A DNA stretch of 62,966 bases, the filler included, from Armatimonadota bacterium (GTDB lineage: Bacteria > Armatimonadota > Fimbriimonadia > Fimbriimonadales > Fimbriimonadaceae), in the NCBI GenBank assembly GCA_031400935.1. It is 4 parts of 4 records of this genome, joined end to end, with 100 filler letters (N's around TTAATTAATTAA, not from the genome) between each part and the next. Parts side by side here need not be neighbours in the genome. Positions count along the whole stretch, not along the records: positions 18,671 to 34,528 come from JANNQV010000046.1; positions 34,629 to 58,824 come from JANNQV010000047.1; 2 more parts are not named here. One strand, written 5' to 3'. The position numbers were made by a program, and so were the translations under genes. The notes under the pieces are model-generated. The model ran no database searches, was not told where the DNA came from, and saw only the letters and a program-made list of their open reading frames with translations. Position 1 is the first letter of the stretch, and each line of letters starts with the position of its first letter. Shown piece after piece: positions 29,378-40,029 of the stretch.

Positions 29378-30150
29378 CAACTCCAGTATAGTTCATCGCT
29401 CTCAATGAGTCGAATCAGTTTGTTTACTGACTGGGCAACCCATTTCTTCCAATCGGCGAGGAACTGTATGTCGCTGATTCCCAAAGTCTTCATGGCTCCT
29501 TCGTTTGAAGTCGTCTTCAGCAGTTCGACAACCTTCTTCCTTCCAAACCGTTCATCAACAAAGCGCACCATCGATCCGGCAACTCCGTAGCGGGCTCGGC
29601 CCTGCCAAGCGTCTTCGAGTTTGGTAGGAACTCGTCCCTCTGCGACCTCTCGTTCCGCAATTCCCTTCTGCTTCCTTTCGAGCTGGCCCGAAGCGTACGT
29701 GGCCAGCCCTTCAACGAACCACGCCATCGCATCTAGGCCATCCAGTTCGCGGCTTGGGTTGATCTGGGAATGGTAGCTGTGGACCAGTTCGTGGCAGACG
29801 ATGTCAGCAATCTCCTTCTCGTCGTTTGGGTCGTGTTCTTGAGCTTCGGCCTTCCAGACCCTCGGGCTGAGCAAAAAGAGTACGTCGGCCCCGGCCGCTC
29901 CAACCATCCACGGCTGGGTCGGCTCCATTTTCCACCGTTTATGCAGCGCTTCGTCGAAGAGCTTCCGGCTAGGTAGAACGCGAAGCGTCATCTGCTTACG
30001 AAAAGGCGCACCGAAGAAAGAGGTGATCTTCTTTTCTGCATCGGCAACGTACCGCTCGAAGCTTGGGCGGAGAGGCTCGTCCGGCTTCGAAAGCTCAATT
30101 CGCACCTGACTCTGCGCCAGGCACATCGCAAGAAAGAGTGGTACCACCAT
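29377..30150 (-). CDS. Peptidase MA-like zinc metalloprotease
   Basis: HELVH...WFVEGLATYAS gluzincin motif, signal peptide. Confidence 0.8.
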   Translation of the reverse strand: MVVPLFLAMCLAQSQVRIELSKPDEPLRPSFERYVADAEKKITSFFGAPFRKQMTLRVLPSRKLFDEALHKRWKMEPTQPWMVGAAGADVLFLLSPRVWKAEAQEHDPNDEKEIADIVCHELVHSYHSQINPSRELDGLDAMAWFVEGLATYASGQLERKQKGIAEREVAEGRVPTKLEDAWQGRARYGVAGSMVRFVDERFGRKKVVELLKTTSNEGAMKTLGISDIQFLADWKKWVAQSVNKLIRLIESDELYWS

Positions 30151-30244
30151 GCTTAAGGTACGCGAAATTGGATGGGTGACGGGGCTTTTGGCTCAGTTTG
30201 GTGGGTCAGATTGTACTGGGGATGGAGAGCGCCACTGCTTCAAT

Positions 30245-30655
30245 CTACTTGACAGCATCTTGCTTCTTAGTTTGTTCCCGACGCCAAAGCCAGATGAGGA
30301 ACACCATGAAACCTTGAAATAGCGCGGTGATTGCGCTCCAGAATAGGCTCGCTCTTTTGGGTTCAAGGACCAATCCAAGTCCAAAATATGTGATGGTCGT
30401 AATGACTAATAGTGCCGTTAAGAATCGAATCCACTCCAAGGTACTTTGCGGAGTTCGAGTAGATGACAGCAGGTTGCACTTAATGATCGCAAAAATCAGA
30501 ACTAAGGCGATTACGGCACTAAGGGCAATCGCAAGAGTCCAGTTTGGCCACATACCAATGATCGAGATCGAGCCAATTGCAAAGGCAAGACATGCGATTC
30601 CAAAAGCGATGTAACCAAGTAATTCGAGCAAAAAATCAGCAAACCGGCGCATCAA
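30245..30655 (-). CDS. Four-TM membrane protein
   Basis: Four hydrophobic segments. Confidence 0.65.
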   Translation of the reverse strand: MMRRFADFLLELLGYIAFGIACLAFAIGSISIIGMWPNWTLAIALSAVIALVLIFAIIKCNLLSSTRTPQSTLEWIRFLTALLVITTITYFGLGLVLEPKRASLFWSAITALFQGFMVFLIWLWRREQTKKQDAVK

Positions 30656-30695
30656 ATCATTGTAGCCGAGGTGTTTGTCTCGCCCCTACCCATCA

Positions 30696-31655
30696 CTACG
30701 GCCTCACAACCGTCACAGCATTGCTCCCCGCTTCGTTCGACGTATTCAGCACCACATAAACCTTGTAACCCATCGAACCCGGAGCCGTGAGCCCCTCGTC
30801 GGTCGAAAGAACCAGCGTCCCTGCCGCCACGTTTGCCACGGCAACCTCGGTGTTGGTGTTGTATGGCGTGTTGCCGCTTCGGCGTACTTCGTAGTGGTCC
30901 AAATCTGGGTCAGCCGATGCCGTCCAGCTCAAATCTGCCATCGAAGTGCCAGCGTTCCATGCGCCCGAAAGCACAACTGGATCGGGCGTATGCCCAGGGA
31001 GCGGCGAGAGCCGAGGCAGCGAGAGCACCAGCGGATCGTTCGCCGGAAAGCGCCCCGGCACAGCTTCGCGGTACGCAATCAGCCGGTTGCGGATCGCAAA
31101 ATACAAGGCGTCTCGCTCGTCAAGTTCGCGCACAACGTCCTGGTCAGTCAGCGAAAGGTTCTGGAAAGTCGTTTCTAGCGCGGCAGTGTCGGCAGTGAAA
31201 TTCGCAAGGGTGTAGAGCCCGGTCAACAGCAAGGGCGGAGTAAAGCCGGCTGGTGGCGCGGCGTTGATGTCCGTCCAAATATCCTTATGATCGCGCATGG
31301 CGATTAGCCATTTGCCGGGGTTCGCGTCCGGGTCAATCAGTTCTGGAACGCGCCCAACATATGCCGAACCGCCAAAAGTGCCGCGCACAAACGCCCCGAG
31401 CTGGCGCATCCGTTCGCGAACTGCGTCCCTACGATTGTCACGATCTTCGCGATGCCCTTCGACCAGATTGATCGCCTCGACAAGTTCCGTAATGCCAGTC
31501 GAAAGCGTCGCCCGATTCGCAGTAAGCGTTGCCAGCGTGTACGGGCCGGGCAAAAGCTCGAGCGGCGTTAGACCGAGGGCGAGGTTTACGTCGGTCCAAT
31601 GTCCGATAAATTCGTCAATGGTTGAAAGATAGCTGCTAGGTCCGCTGAATGGCAT
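30696..31655 (-). CDS. Helical protein with C-terminal fibronectin-III-like domain
   Basis: AGGAGG RBS before MPFSGP; C-terminal LSWTAS.DPDLDHYEVRRS...YKVYV...EAGSNAV. Confidence 0.82.
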   Translation of the reverse strand: MPFSGPSSYLSTIDEFIGHWTDVNLALGLTPLELLPGPYTLATLTANRATLSTGITELVEAINLVEGHREDRDNRRDAVRERMRQLGAFVRGTFGGSAYVGRVPELIDPDANPGKWLIAMRDHKDIWTDINAAPPAGFTPPLLLTGLYTLANFTADTAALETTFQNLSLTDQDVVRELDERDALYFAIRNRLIAYREAVPGRFPANDPLVLSLPRLSPLPGHTPDPVVLSGAWNAGTSMADLSWTASADPDLDHYEVRRSGNTPYNTNTEVAVANVAAGTLVLSTDEGLTAPGSMGYKVYVVLNTSNEAGSNAVTVVRP

Positions 31656-31779
31656 TTTTTCCTCCTTACGGTGCTGGAAATCACTATAACAAAGGTTTGC
31701 GAATAAGTCAAGCAGTTTTCGAACCTTCGCGTGCCAGTTTCCGTTTTTAGGTTCAAGGTCGCCAGTTACGATTTGATTT

Positions 31780-31926
31780 CTTCCGACGTTCGAGAAAAGC
31801 TTCCTGACTTTGAAGAAGACGTTCCCGACCTTAAAGAGGACCTTGCTGACCTTAAGGAAGAGGTTCCCGACTGTGAAGAACACCCTTCCCACCTTGAAGA
31901 AGACCTTCCCGACTTCACCTGGATAC
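31780..31926. repeat. Degenerate 21-bp tandem array, 7 units
   Basis: Consensus TTCCCGACCTTGAAGAAGACC; units begin at 31780, 31801, 31822, 31843, 31864, 31885, 31906. Confidence 0.85.
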
Positions 31927-32045
31927 CTCTTCGTCAAGGTCGGAACACGAGTCTTTACGCCTGGGAGGCGAGTCTTCGAGGTCGGGAAGGATTGGCGAAG
32001 AATGGAAACGGCAAATTCACAGCCTTGGAGCTAGAATTGTATCAA

Positions 32046-32609
32046 ATGAAGTTCTTCACATCCGATATATATAAAGCGCTTGAGGACTTGGACACAGAAG
32101 TACAGGGTCTGGACAGACTTAAGGAAGCCGACAGGAAGTACAAGGCAAGGCTTTCACAAGTCCGCGAGACCTTTCCGCCTGCGCTTTCAGCAGTCGCAGA
32201 TGCGTGGGCCGTTGACGATGCACTGATTGCTAAGCTGAGACAGTCTGACGATCCTGCGACCTTGGAACTTGTCCTGCGCTGCGGCAACTTGCAAATCGGC
32301 TACTTTGATTTAGATTTCACTTATGATTCTCCAGAAGTTTCAGATGAGCACTTGCGAGCCTTGATCAAGGTTGCTTCCAACATTCGAGGCAACTGTCTTT
32401 TCGATGGATGGGATGCGTGGGTACATGAAGTCGATCGATTGAGTGACGGGCGAATCGAGCACCGAATTTACTTTCATAAGGGAGGGTGGGTGGCAATTCG
32501 CTGTCGGGATTTGCAAGTGGTTCGGACGGAGAAGCTTGATCGTCGTTTGCCGCCATATCCGAATCGATATCGTGTTGCGCGATTCAGTGCCTCATCCAGA
32601 AGTGCGTGA
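32046..32609 (+). CDS. Hypothetical protein
   Basis: Likely start MKFFTS; the upstream part of the called ORF is repeat read-through. Confidence 0.7.
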   Translation: MKFFTSDIYKALEDLDTEVQGLDRLKEADRKYKARLSQVRETFPPALSAVADAWAVDDALIAKLRQSDDPATLELVLRCGNLQIGYFDLDFTYDSPEVSDEHLRALIKVASNIRGNCLFDGWDAWVHEVDRLSDGRIEHRIYFHKGGWVAIRCRDLQVVRTEKLDRRLPPYPNRYRVARFSASSRSA

Positions 32610-32680
32610 GAAGCTACTGCCGACAAGCTCTTCGATCCTGTCGAAGCCATACGTCCGTCTTGACTGTTGCAGAGTCAAAA

Positions 32681-33565
32681 ATGAGAATATTGCCATTCCA
32701 TTTCGAGCGAATCGAAGAAATGCTTCTTTCTTCTTACAACTGGTCAAGAATCAACGGTCATCCGGTTAGACAGGGTGATGCAAGGGAGAATTTCGTTCGA
32801 TACTTTCTAGGCGACCATCACGGTGAATTTGTAACTTTTGGTAGCGGGGAAATCTTCGGACCTCGTTCTGCTGTTGGAGAAAGTCGAAACCAGCACGACA
32901 TTGTTGTTCACGATCGCGCTTACCCGTGTATTCGCCTTGGTGGTACATCGATGTTCATGATTAATTCTGTGCTCGCAACTATCGAAGTGAAATCAAAACT
33001 CACGAAAAGCGAACTCACAAAGGCCATGACAGCTGCCAAAAAAGTAAAGGAGCTTGATGCTGAAATGATGCAGGACTTCAATGCTAGGTGGCCGAAGGGA
33101 GTTGCACTGTCAGCAATTGCAGGAACCAAACGCCCACAACATACCAAGTGCTTTTTAGTCGCGTATGACGGCCCAAGTAAGATGGAAACGTTAAGCGATT
33201 GGTTATCGGAGTCTTGTCTCAAATGCGGAATCCCCAACAGTCACAGGGATCATCCTGCATTGATGATGCATACAGTCGAAAGTCCGGGGCTTGATGGCGT
33301 TTACATTCTTGGAAAGGGATTCGTTCAGTTTACAAACTCTCCAATTAGATATGTTCCCGACGAGTTTCGGACGGAGCACAGTACCGCGAAATGGGAGTGG
33401 GTCCAACTCAATCGTGGCGCACTTGGTGTCTTTTTCCTAAATCTGCTATACGCAACTGATCACAATTTGGCATTTGCTCTTGACCCAATACGCTACGCTA
33501 AAGAGTCGTTTCCCGCTTCCATGCAAGGGTTAACAGATGAGGCCCACGGTCTTACTAAGCAATAG
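32681..33565 (+). CDS. Putative PD-(D/E)xK restriction-like nuclease (DUF6602-like)
   Basis: HPVRQGDARE...FL, SGEI, QHDIVVHD, IEVKSKL motifs. Confidence 0.75.
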   Translation: MRILPFHFERIEEMLLSSYNWSRINGHPVRQGDARENFVRYFLGDHHGEFVTFGSGEIFGPRSAVGESRNQHDIVVHDRAYPCIRLGGTSMFMINSVLATIEVKSKLTKSELTKAMTAAKKVKELDAEMMQDFNARWPKGVALSAIAGTKRPQHTKCFLVAYDGPSKMETLSDWLSESCLKCGIPNSHRDHPALMMHTVESPGLDGVYILGKGFVQFTNSPIRYVPDEFRTEHSTAKWEWVQLNRGALGVFFLNLLYATDHNLAFALDPIRYAKESFPASMQGLTDEAHGLTKQ

Positions 33566-33597
33566 CTCGAGTTCACGAATGCGTGCCAGGCACAATA

Positions 33598-34528
33598 CTA
33601 ACTAAGCCTCAACCCCATCTCAGCCCATTGAGCCGCATCAATCTCACTCGGAGCGTCCATCATCGGGTCGTAGCCGTTCCCCATCTTCGGAAAAGCGATG
33701 ACCTCGCGGATGTTCTCCTCGTTCAGCAGAATCATCACGAGCCGATCAATCCCGGGCGCGAAGCCACCATGCGGAGGCGCGCCAAAGCTGAACGCATCGA
33801 GCATATGCCCAAACCGGCTGCGCTGGGTTTCAACATCAATGCCGAGCAGGCTGAACACGCGCGACTGGATATCTGCCCGGTGGATTCGGATGCTCCCAGA
33901 AGCCCATTCTGTGCCGTTGCACACGATATCGTAGCAATCGGCGCGGACTCTGCCAGGGTCAGATTCGAGATACTGCAAGTCTTCGTCCTTCGGAGCGGCA
34001 AAAGGATGGTGAGCCGGCGACCAGCGGTTCGCGTTCGCGTCCCACTCCACCAGCGGAAAATCGAGCACCCAAATGAAGTTCAGCTTTCGAGGATCGCGCA
34101 AACCGCAGCGGTTTCCAATCTCATTTCGCAATCGGGCAAGCACGTTGTTGCCGACCATGTACTCATCGGCGATCATGCAAAGCAGGTCGTTTTCTTCGGC
34201 TTTGGCTTCGGTGAGAATGGCTTCCAATTCTTCGGGCGTGAAGAACTTGGCAATGCTTCCCCGCACTTTTCGACCGCTGGCAGATGTCGAAGCGCCTTCG
34301 CCATCTTGCACCGCAAGCCATGCCATTCCCTTCGCGCCGAACTCTTTACAGAACTCTTCAAGCTCGCCGATCTCTTTGCGAGACATGGAAGCTCCGCCGG
34401 GAAACCGAATTCCGCGAATCCGAGCGCCAGTTTCCACTGCGTTTTTGAATACTGAAAAACCGCAATCTCGAACCGCGTCGGTGACTTCCCAAAGTTTGAG
34501 GTCGAAGCGTAGATCGGGCTTGTCCGAA
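33598..34528 (-). CDS. aspS: Aspartyl-tRNA synthetase, C-terminal part (5' cut by gap)
   Basis: [46 protein letters not shown]. Confidence 0.96.
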
Positions 34529-34628
34529 NNNNNNNNNNNNNNNNNNNNNNNNNNNNNNNNNNNNNNNNNNNNTTAATTAATTAANNNNNNNNNNNNNNNN
34601 NNNNNNNNNNNNNNNNNNNNNNNNNNNN
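34529..34628. other. Assembly gap/contig linker
   Basis: N-run with TTAATTAATTAA. Confidence 0.98.
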
Positions 34629-34686
34629 TTGAAGGAGTTTTTCAGGTTCAATTTCTAAAGTAGTTTTGATTTTTGCCATAGATTTC

Positions 34687-35565
34687 TTATTCATGATCAA
34701 CCCCCAATCCGCGCTCGATTGTCAGACCAAAAAGGTCTTCATGCTTTCGGTTGTTGTATCGGTATGTGAATTCATCAACATACTTTGAAAGATGCTTGAC
34801 GCTGACCTTGTGGTATTGACCAACGATGCCTCGTTTGAGCAATGCCCAGAATGATTCGCAACTGTTAGTGTGTTTCAGGCCGTCAACGTACCAAACGCGG
34901 TGATTGACCGTTTGATGATCAACTATCTGCTTCATTCGGAAGTAACCGCCGAATTCATCTGTGATCAAGGTGGTTGATTTTGCGTCAACTCCGCGCCGAA
35001 CCAAATTCATAAGGGAACGGGAATCAATCTTTCGATCAGTTTTGACCACCGCTTTGATTTTGCCGCCTCGCTCGATCATTCCGACTACAGGAATCTTCTT
35101 AGTTCCGCGTCCGCGCTTCAATGGCTCACCGCCCGAACCAGGGCGCGGTTTGCCGCCGATATAGGTTTCGTCCATTTCGACTATGCCTTGAAGCAATTCG
35201 CGCTCAATGGGTTCGAGCATTGCTTTTCGTATCCGCATAGCGAGATACCAAGCGGTGTTTTTGTTGATTTCAAGATCGCGTCCCAATTGTCGAGCCGCGA
35301 TACCCTTTTTGGCATTGAGAATCAAAGTGATTGCTAGGAACCACTTTTGAAGATCAAGGTGAGTGTGGTGAAACATCGTTCCAACCGTAACGCTGAATGA
35401 TGTTTTGCAATTGTTGCAATGGTGCCTGAATTCGTCCTTTGCAGACGTGACCCGTGCAGAATTGCAATAGGGGCATTTTGGACTGCCAGACCATCGAACC
35501 GCTTCAAGATGCTTGATGCAAGCCGCGTGATCTGGGAACTGTTTGTATACTTGTATTAGATTCAT
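34687..35565 (-). mobile_element. IS1595-family (ISXO2-like) DDE transposase
   Basis: CPYC...CNNC zinc ribbon, VEMDETYIGG, LITDE, HTNSCESFW..LKRGIVG.YH, YVDEFTYRYN. Confidence 0.93.
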
Positions 35566-35633
35566 TTGTAACTACCCTTTGATAGGATAATCACAGTATA
35601 CACCAAATGTCGAAAGAAATGCACCACCGTAAT

Positions 35634-38600
35634 CTAGGACATTCCGATGATCTTTACGGGGCCTATCAATCCCGATTCCAATAACAGGGAGTCCTTGTTG
35701 TAGAACTGCCACGTTGTAAAGGCAATTCGCTTTGTAAGCGGTCTGGGTTTGCCCGCAGTCAACCATTCCGGCCATTCGGTTATTGGGCCGCCATTCCACT
35801 TGACTTCAGCAGGATACTGCTCATCACCGATCAACCGATTTGGCCAGAGGTTCGTAACTTTGACAGTCAAGTTGTTCGCGCCTTTCTTGAGCCAATTTGT
35901 GACATCAACCTTGAATGGTGCCTTCCAAAGCGTTTCAAACTTATGCCCGTTCAATTCGACTTCTGCGAAGTTCTTTACCCTGCCGAGGTCAATCCATACC
36001 CTCCTATTTGCAACGCCCGCAACCGCCCATGAGAACTTGGTTCTGTAGGTTGCCGTCCCCGAAAAGAAACGAACTCCACTATCACTTGAATCTGTCCATG
36101 AGATAAGTTTAGGCATTGCAAGTTTCGTCGGAGCACCCTCATTAGGTGGGAAACTGACATCCCAAGAACCTTTGATTTCATACACCACTGGCTGGGACAT
36201 TACCCTTCCTTTGCCGCCCTTTGTGTTTGTCCAAATGTAGTTTCCACTCTTCCAAAGCTGTGCTTTACCGGCACTAATGAGAAAGTCAGCGGGAGAATTA
36301 TCTGGCCCTTGAGGCACGAACTCGATCGTTTGATTCTCTTCGACAACTCGTTCCATTCGCTTGCCGTTGAAAGTGTAAACGAGCGTTAACTTCTTGCGAT
36401 GATTGACAGTTGGATCTCCAAAATTCGAGTTTGTCGCTGCGATTTCGGTGGCTCCTCCAGCTACTACTGCTTTCGCTTTTTCCGTGACATCCGCACCTCC
36501 TGAACCGTCAATAGCCTCATATCGCGCTTCAACAATCTCAATCTTCGGGGGTTTGACTTCCTGGTCACCTTGACCAACAAATCGGAGAGAAACTAAGTGC
36601 TTTGCCGGTGCAGGTTTGCGGAAAACGACGAAAACAGAGCCTGCTGAATCAAGCTGCAACTGAACCGTTGTTCTGCCGGCTTCCTCATTCCAAAACAAAG
36701 CTTGTTCAATCGTTCCAGTTTCTGGATTCCAAATTTCTGGAAGTTTGCCCTTGACACGAAACTTCACGTCAACGTTGATGGACCGGTAAGCAGGATTGGA
36801 CACGAAGTAAACGTCAGCCCCATCGATTATTCGGTGAATCCAGTTTATAGGCATGCTGGATTCAATGTCGGCATGTACCTTGTTCCGTGCCAAAACCGTT
36901 TTGAGGGATTCACCCCAATACACTTTTCCTTTGCCAAAGGATGTTCCAACCAATGTCTTGCCATCCAGTTTCGACCAAACCTGTTCGCCAATTCGTTGAA
37001 CTTCTGAATCACCTTTTCCCATATCAGAAAGGCTTGGCGACCTCAACGGCTTGGGACCTACTACCGTCGCTCCCTTTTCGACAAGATCGGCGATTTTCTG
37101 GGCTGTTTTGGGAGTCATCCATGTACTTTCGGGTAACAATAGCACCCGATATCTCATCCCTGTTGGCAAGACGATCTCGCCGTTTTCGACCTTCATTTTC
37201 TGCAATACCGTCGCATCGCAACCGTCGTAGTCGTAGCCAATTGGAACTACGGTTCCACCAAGCATGGGCAGATCATTTGGGCCCTCCTCTCCAGTGAAGG
37301 CAACGACATCTGCAACAAATCTTCCCGATTGAAGCAGGTGCTGGCATCGTGCGATGTATTTCATCCAAGCCGAACCTTGATCCCACCAGGTTATAGTTCG
37401 ATCCAAGTTCATTCCCCATGGACCCATCGTCATTCCTGGTTCAAGGTTCAACCAAGGTTGATGAGCATATCTATGGAAAATGTATCGATTGATACCGAGA
37501 GTAAAAATCTTATCACCAAGTGCTTTAACGGAATAAGGATCAACTAGCCATCGGCCACGGACATCGTCGGCCGTAAACGATTCGGCTCCAACTACAGCCC
37601 TTCCGTTGGTGTGTGCAGCAGATGCAGCGAGTTTTGTTGACTCCATGGCCATTCCTCCAACCCAAAATTCGCCCATTGGAATGTCTGCAATGCCACTAAC
37701 CTGCAAATTGTCGAACGAGCCATTTCCATACCCTTCTGTTGAAAACAAGAGCCCATTTTTGTGACAAAGTTCCTTAAAGTAGGCAAAATAATTGTCAGCA
37801 AAAAGATCGCAAACCGTCCGTCGCCAATCCCAGAGAAACCTTTCAGTCACTTCACGACTCTCAACAATTCTTCCTGTGATCGCAGGTAGATAAGGCATGG
37901 GATCATAGCCTCGCCTCTTTAAGAACTCGGCACCAAATAGCGGTGTCCAATTCTGACTTCCCACCTCATAGCTGTCAATGAGGGCATTGTTCAGTCCGAA
38001 TTTTGAAATGGTGCCATTGGCTTGCAAGGCTGTAGCCATCATGCCACCCCAAAAAGCGTCCATCGCCTGGCGGCTCATTTTGTCAACTTCGGGACCACGC
38101 CCTGCTCTTGAAGCAGGTGCATTAACTGCTCCTGTAGGACTATGACCCATTCGGATCAAAATCCATTCGCCTTCAGGGACTTCCCATGCAAGCTTGCCAT
38201 CTTCATTGATGGGGAGAATCTTAATGTCTGCCGATGCAATGACTGACCCTAAGTTATGCTCGCCAAAGTCTGGTGCGATTCGATCCCCTCGATCGAACGA
38301 AGCCTTCGCACGAATATTCGGTGTTCTGAACAAGTGCTGTTCAGGGCGACGGACAGCATAGACTGCAACATCTTTGTAGTAGCCAAGTTTCATTTCCGGA
38401 ACTGGTAGGACAGCATCAAATCGGCTTGGCCCACGAACGGGAGTTTCTGACCACGTCAGATTCTGCATTGCATGCTCAGGTTTAACCCACGGTCCACCGC
38501 TGCTTGACCAGCCGTCGCAATTGTGGACGCAGATTTCGATTCCCAAGCGCTTTGCTTCCTTGAAGGCGTGTGCCAAACAATCCTTCCACTGGCGGCTCAT

Positions 38601-38867
38601 AAACGGTGTGTTTCCTTCTGGAATTCCCACTTCAACATTGAAGATCTGCGCGCCGCCCAGCCCGATCTTCTTCATGGCTTCCAAATCGGCAGTGATGCCT
38701 TCTTTGCTGATGTTTCCGTTTATCCAATGCCACCAGGTATGCGGTTTGGCTGAGTTCGGTGGGTTCTTGAACCCTGACTCCATTTCGCTTTGCCCGATTA
38801 CGATGCTGGTGGTGCAGACGAACAGGGCAATAGTTGATGCCAATTGTGACAATGGTGACCTTCGCAT
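35634..38867 (-). CDS. GH106 alpha-L-rhamnosidase-like glycoside hydrolase
   Basis: FKNPP..AKPHTWWHW.NGN..KEGIT.DLE.MK, GWSSSGGPW, DSYEVG, PMGEFW, AESFT, WPNRLIGD. Confidence 0.9.
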   Translation of the reverse strand: MRRSPLSQLASTIALFVCTTSIVIGQSEMESGFKNPPNSAKPHTWWHWINGNISKEGITADLEAMKKIGLGGAQIFNVEVGIPEGNTPFMSRQWKDCLAHAFKEAKRLGIEICVHNCDGWSSSGGPWVKPEHAMQNLTWSETPVRGPSRFDAVLPVPEMKLGYYKDVAVYAVRRPEQHLFRTPNIRAKASFDRGDRIAPDFGEHNLGSVIASADIKILPINEDGKLAWEVPEGEWILIRMGHSPTGAVNAPASRAGRGPEVDKMSRQAMDAFWGGMMATALQANGTISKFGLNNALIDSYEVGSQNWTPLFGAEFLKRRGYDPMPYLPAITGRIVESREVTERFLWDWRRTVCDLFADNYFAYFKELCHKNGLLFSTEGYGNGSFDNLQVSGIADIPMGEFWVGGMAMESTKLAASAAHTNGRAVVGAESFTADDVRGRWLVDPYSVKALGDKIFTLGINRYIFHRYAHQPWLNLEPGMTMGPWGMNLDRTITWWDQGSAWMKYIARCQHLLQSGRFVADVVAFTGEEGPNDLPMLGGTVVPIGYDYDGCDATVLQKMKVENGEIVLPTGMRYRVLLLPESTWMTPKTAQKIADLVEKGATVVGPKPLRSPSLSDMGKGDSEVQRIGEQVWSKLDGKTLVGTSFGKGKVYWGESLKTVLARNKVHADIESSMPINWIHRIIDGADVYFVSNPAYRSINVDVKFRVKGKLPEIWNPETGTIEQALFWNEEAGRTTVQLQLDSAGSVFVVFRKPAPAKHLVSLRFVGQGDQEVKPPKIEIVEARYEAIDGSGGADVTEKAKAVVAGGATEIAATNSNFGDPTVNHRKKLTLVYTFNGKRMERVVEENQTIEFVPQGPDNSPADFLISAGKAQLWKSGNYIWTNTKGGKGRVMSQPVVYEIKGSWDVSFPPNEGAPTKLAMPKLISWTDSSDSGVRFFSGTATYRTKFSWAVAGVANRRVWIDLGRVKNFAEVELNGHKFETLWKAPFKVDVTNWLKKGANNLTVKVTNLWPNRLIGDEQYPAEVKWNGGPITEWPEWLTAGKPRPLTKRIAFTTWQFYNKDSLLLESGLIGPVKIIGMS

Positions 38868-39034
38868 GGTGCCGATATCGTACCCAGGTATGGGAGTTCT
38901 TCCGCCAAATTTCGATACTCAACAAGCTTTTGTTTTGGAAAACAAAGTCCCAACCAAATGGCCCGACTCCCCACCGCTCTTCTCATTTTCCTGCTTGCCA
39001 TACCCTCGAAAAGCAGGTTGTAGGTTCAATTTAG

Positions 39035-39110
<76 letters not shown>

Positions 39111-39442
39111 ACGCGGAAGCAATTTGTACCCGAAATTGCATTGTGTTGGCACGTAGTTCGCAAGTGGTCGGCAAGTGGTCGGCAAGTTGTCAGCAAGTTG
39201 GTTGGCAGTTGGCAGTAAGCGGTTGGCTGAAGCTCGAAACCAATAAACAATCCAAGATCCCGCAGATCCTTAGATTCGGCCGCAGGGAAATCGCAGATCG
39301 GAAACGAAATCGGTACAACCAATAACTATGCAGTCAATCCAAAATCCAGAATCCAAAATAACGCGCTCTCCTCTTTCCGCTACAGACCGCATTACAGAAT
39401 CCAAAATCATTCACTCCCTCGGACGGTAAGCCAGGACAACAT

Positions 39443-39805
39443 TTACCGAGCAGAGAAAATCTCGATCGGATTTCCACTTGGGTCTTCAATCAGAACTTGA
39501 GTGCCGCCTGGACCAGAAATCGGCTCTTTTCGAAATACCGCACCCCCGGATCGCAGCTTCGAAACGGTTGCTTCAAAATCGTCAAAAGATAACACAACAC
39601 GGTTCCAACCTCCAGGAACGGGCACTTGGCCGTCTGGCAGCGGCTGGGCAGCGGAAGTTTGCGGACCGCTCAGCCAAATGGTTTGGTCCTCACGCTTTAC
39701 AATAGCGAAAGTAGGTCCCCATTGCTCGACAAGTTCAAACCCAAGCAGTTCCAAATAGAACGGCAGGACTTCAGCGACATCATGGACCAGATAACGAGTT
39801 GCCAT
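39443..39805 (-). CDS. VOC/glyoxalase family protein
   Basis: FYLELLGF...DPSGNPIE. Confidence 0.9.
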   Translation of the reverse strand: MATRYLVHDVAEVLPFYLELLGFELVEQWGPTFAIVKREDQTIWLSGPQTSAAQPLPDGQVPVPGGWNRVVLSFDDFEATVSKLRSGGAVFRKEPISGPGGTQVLIEDPSGNPIEIFSAR

Positions 39806-40029
39806 AAAGGGAATTATGGTGGATCAGACGTTTGCAGGTGGTTTGCAGGTAGTCGGCAAGTAGTTGCCACGTGGACGTCGAAACGATTGATGACTCGCCC
39901 GCTCTCCGCTCTCCGCCAACTGCCAACCGCCAACCGCCAACCAATAACAAACTACCAACAACTGACTACCAACAAAAGCACCTGGGTCGAAACACCCGAG
40001 CCACATTTCCACATCAGATACAATGAGAA

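Noticed and set aside
31780..31926. 21-bp array as a CRISPR
   Set aside because: Units are contiguous and degenerate with no unique spacers, and there are no cas genes.
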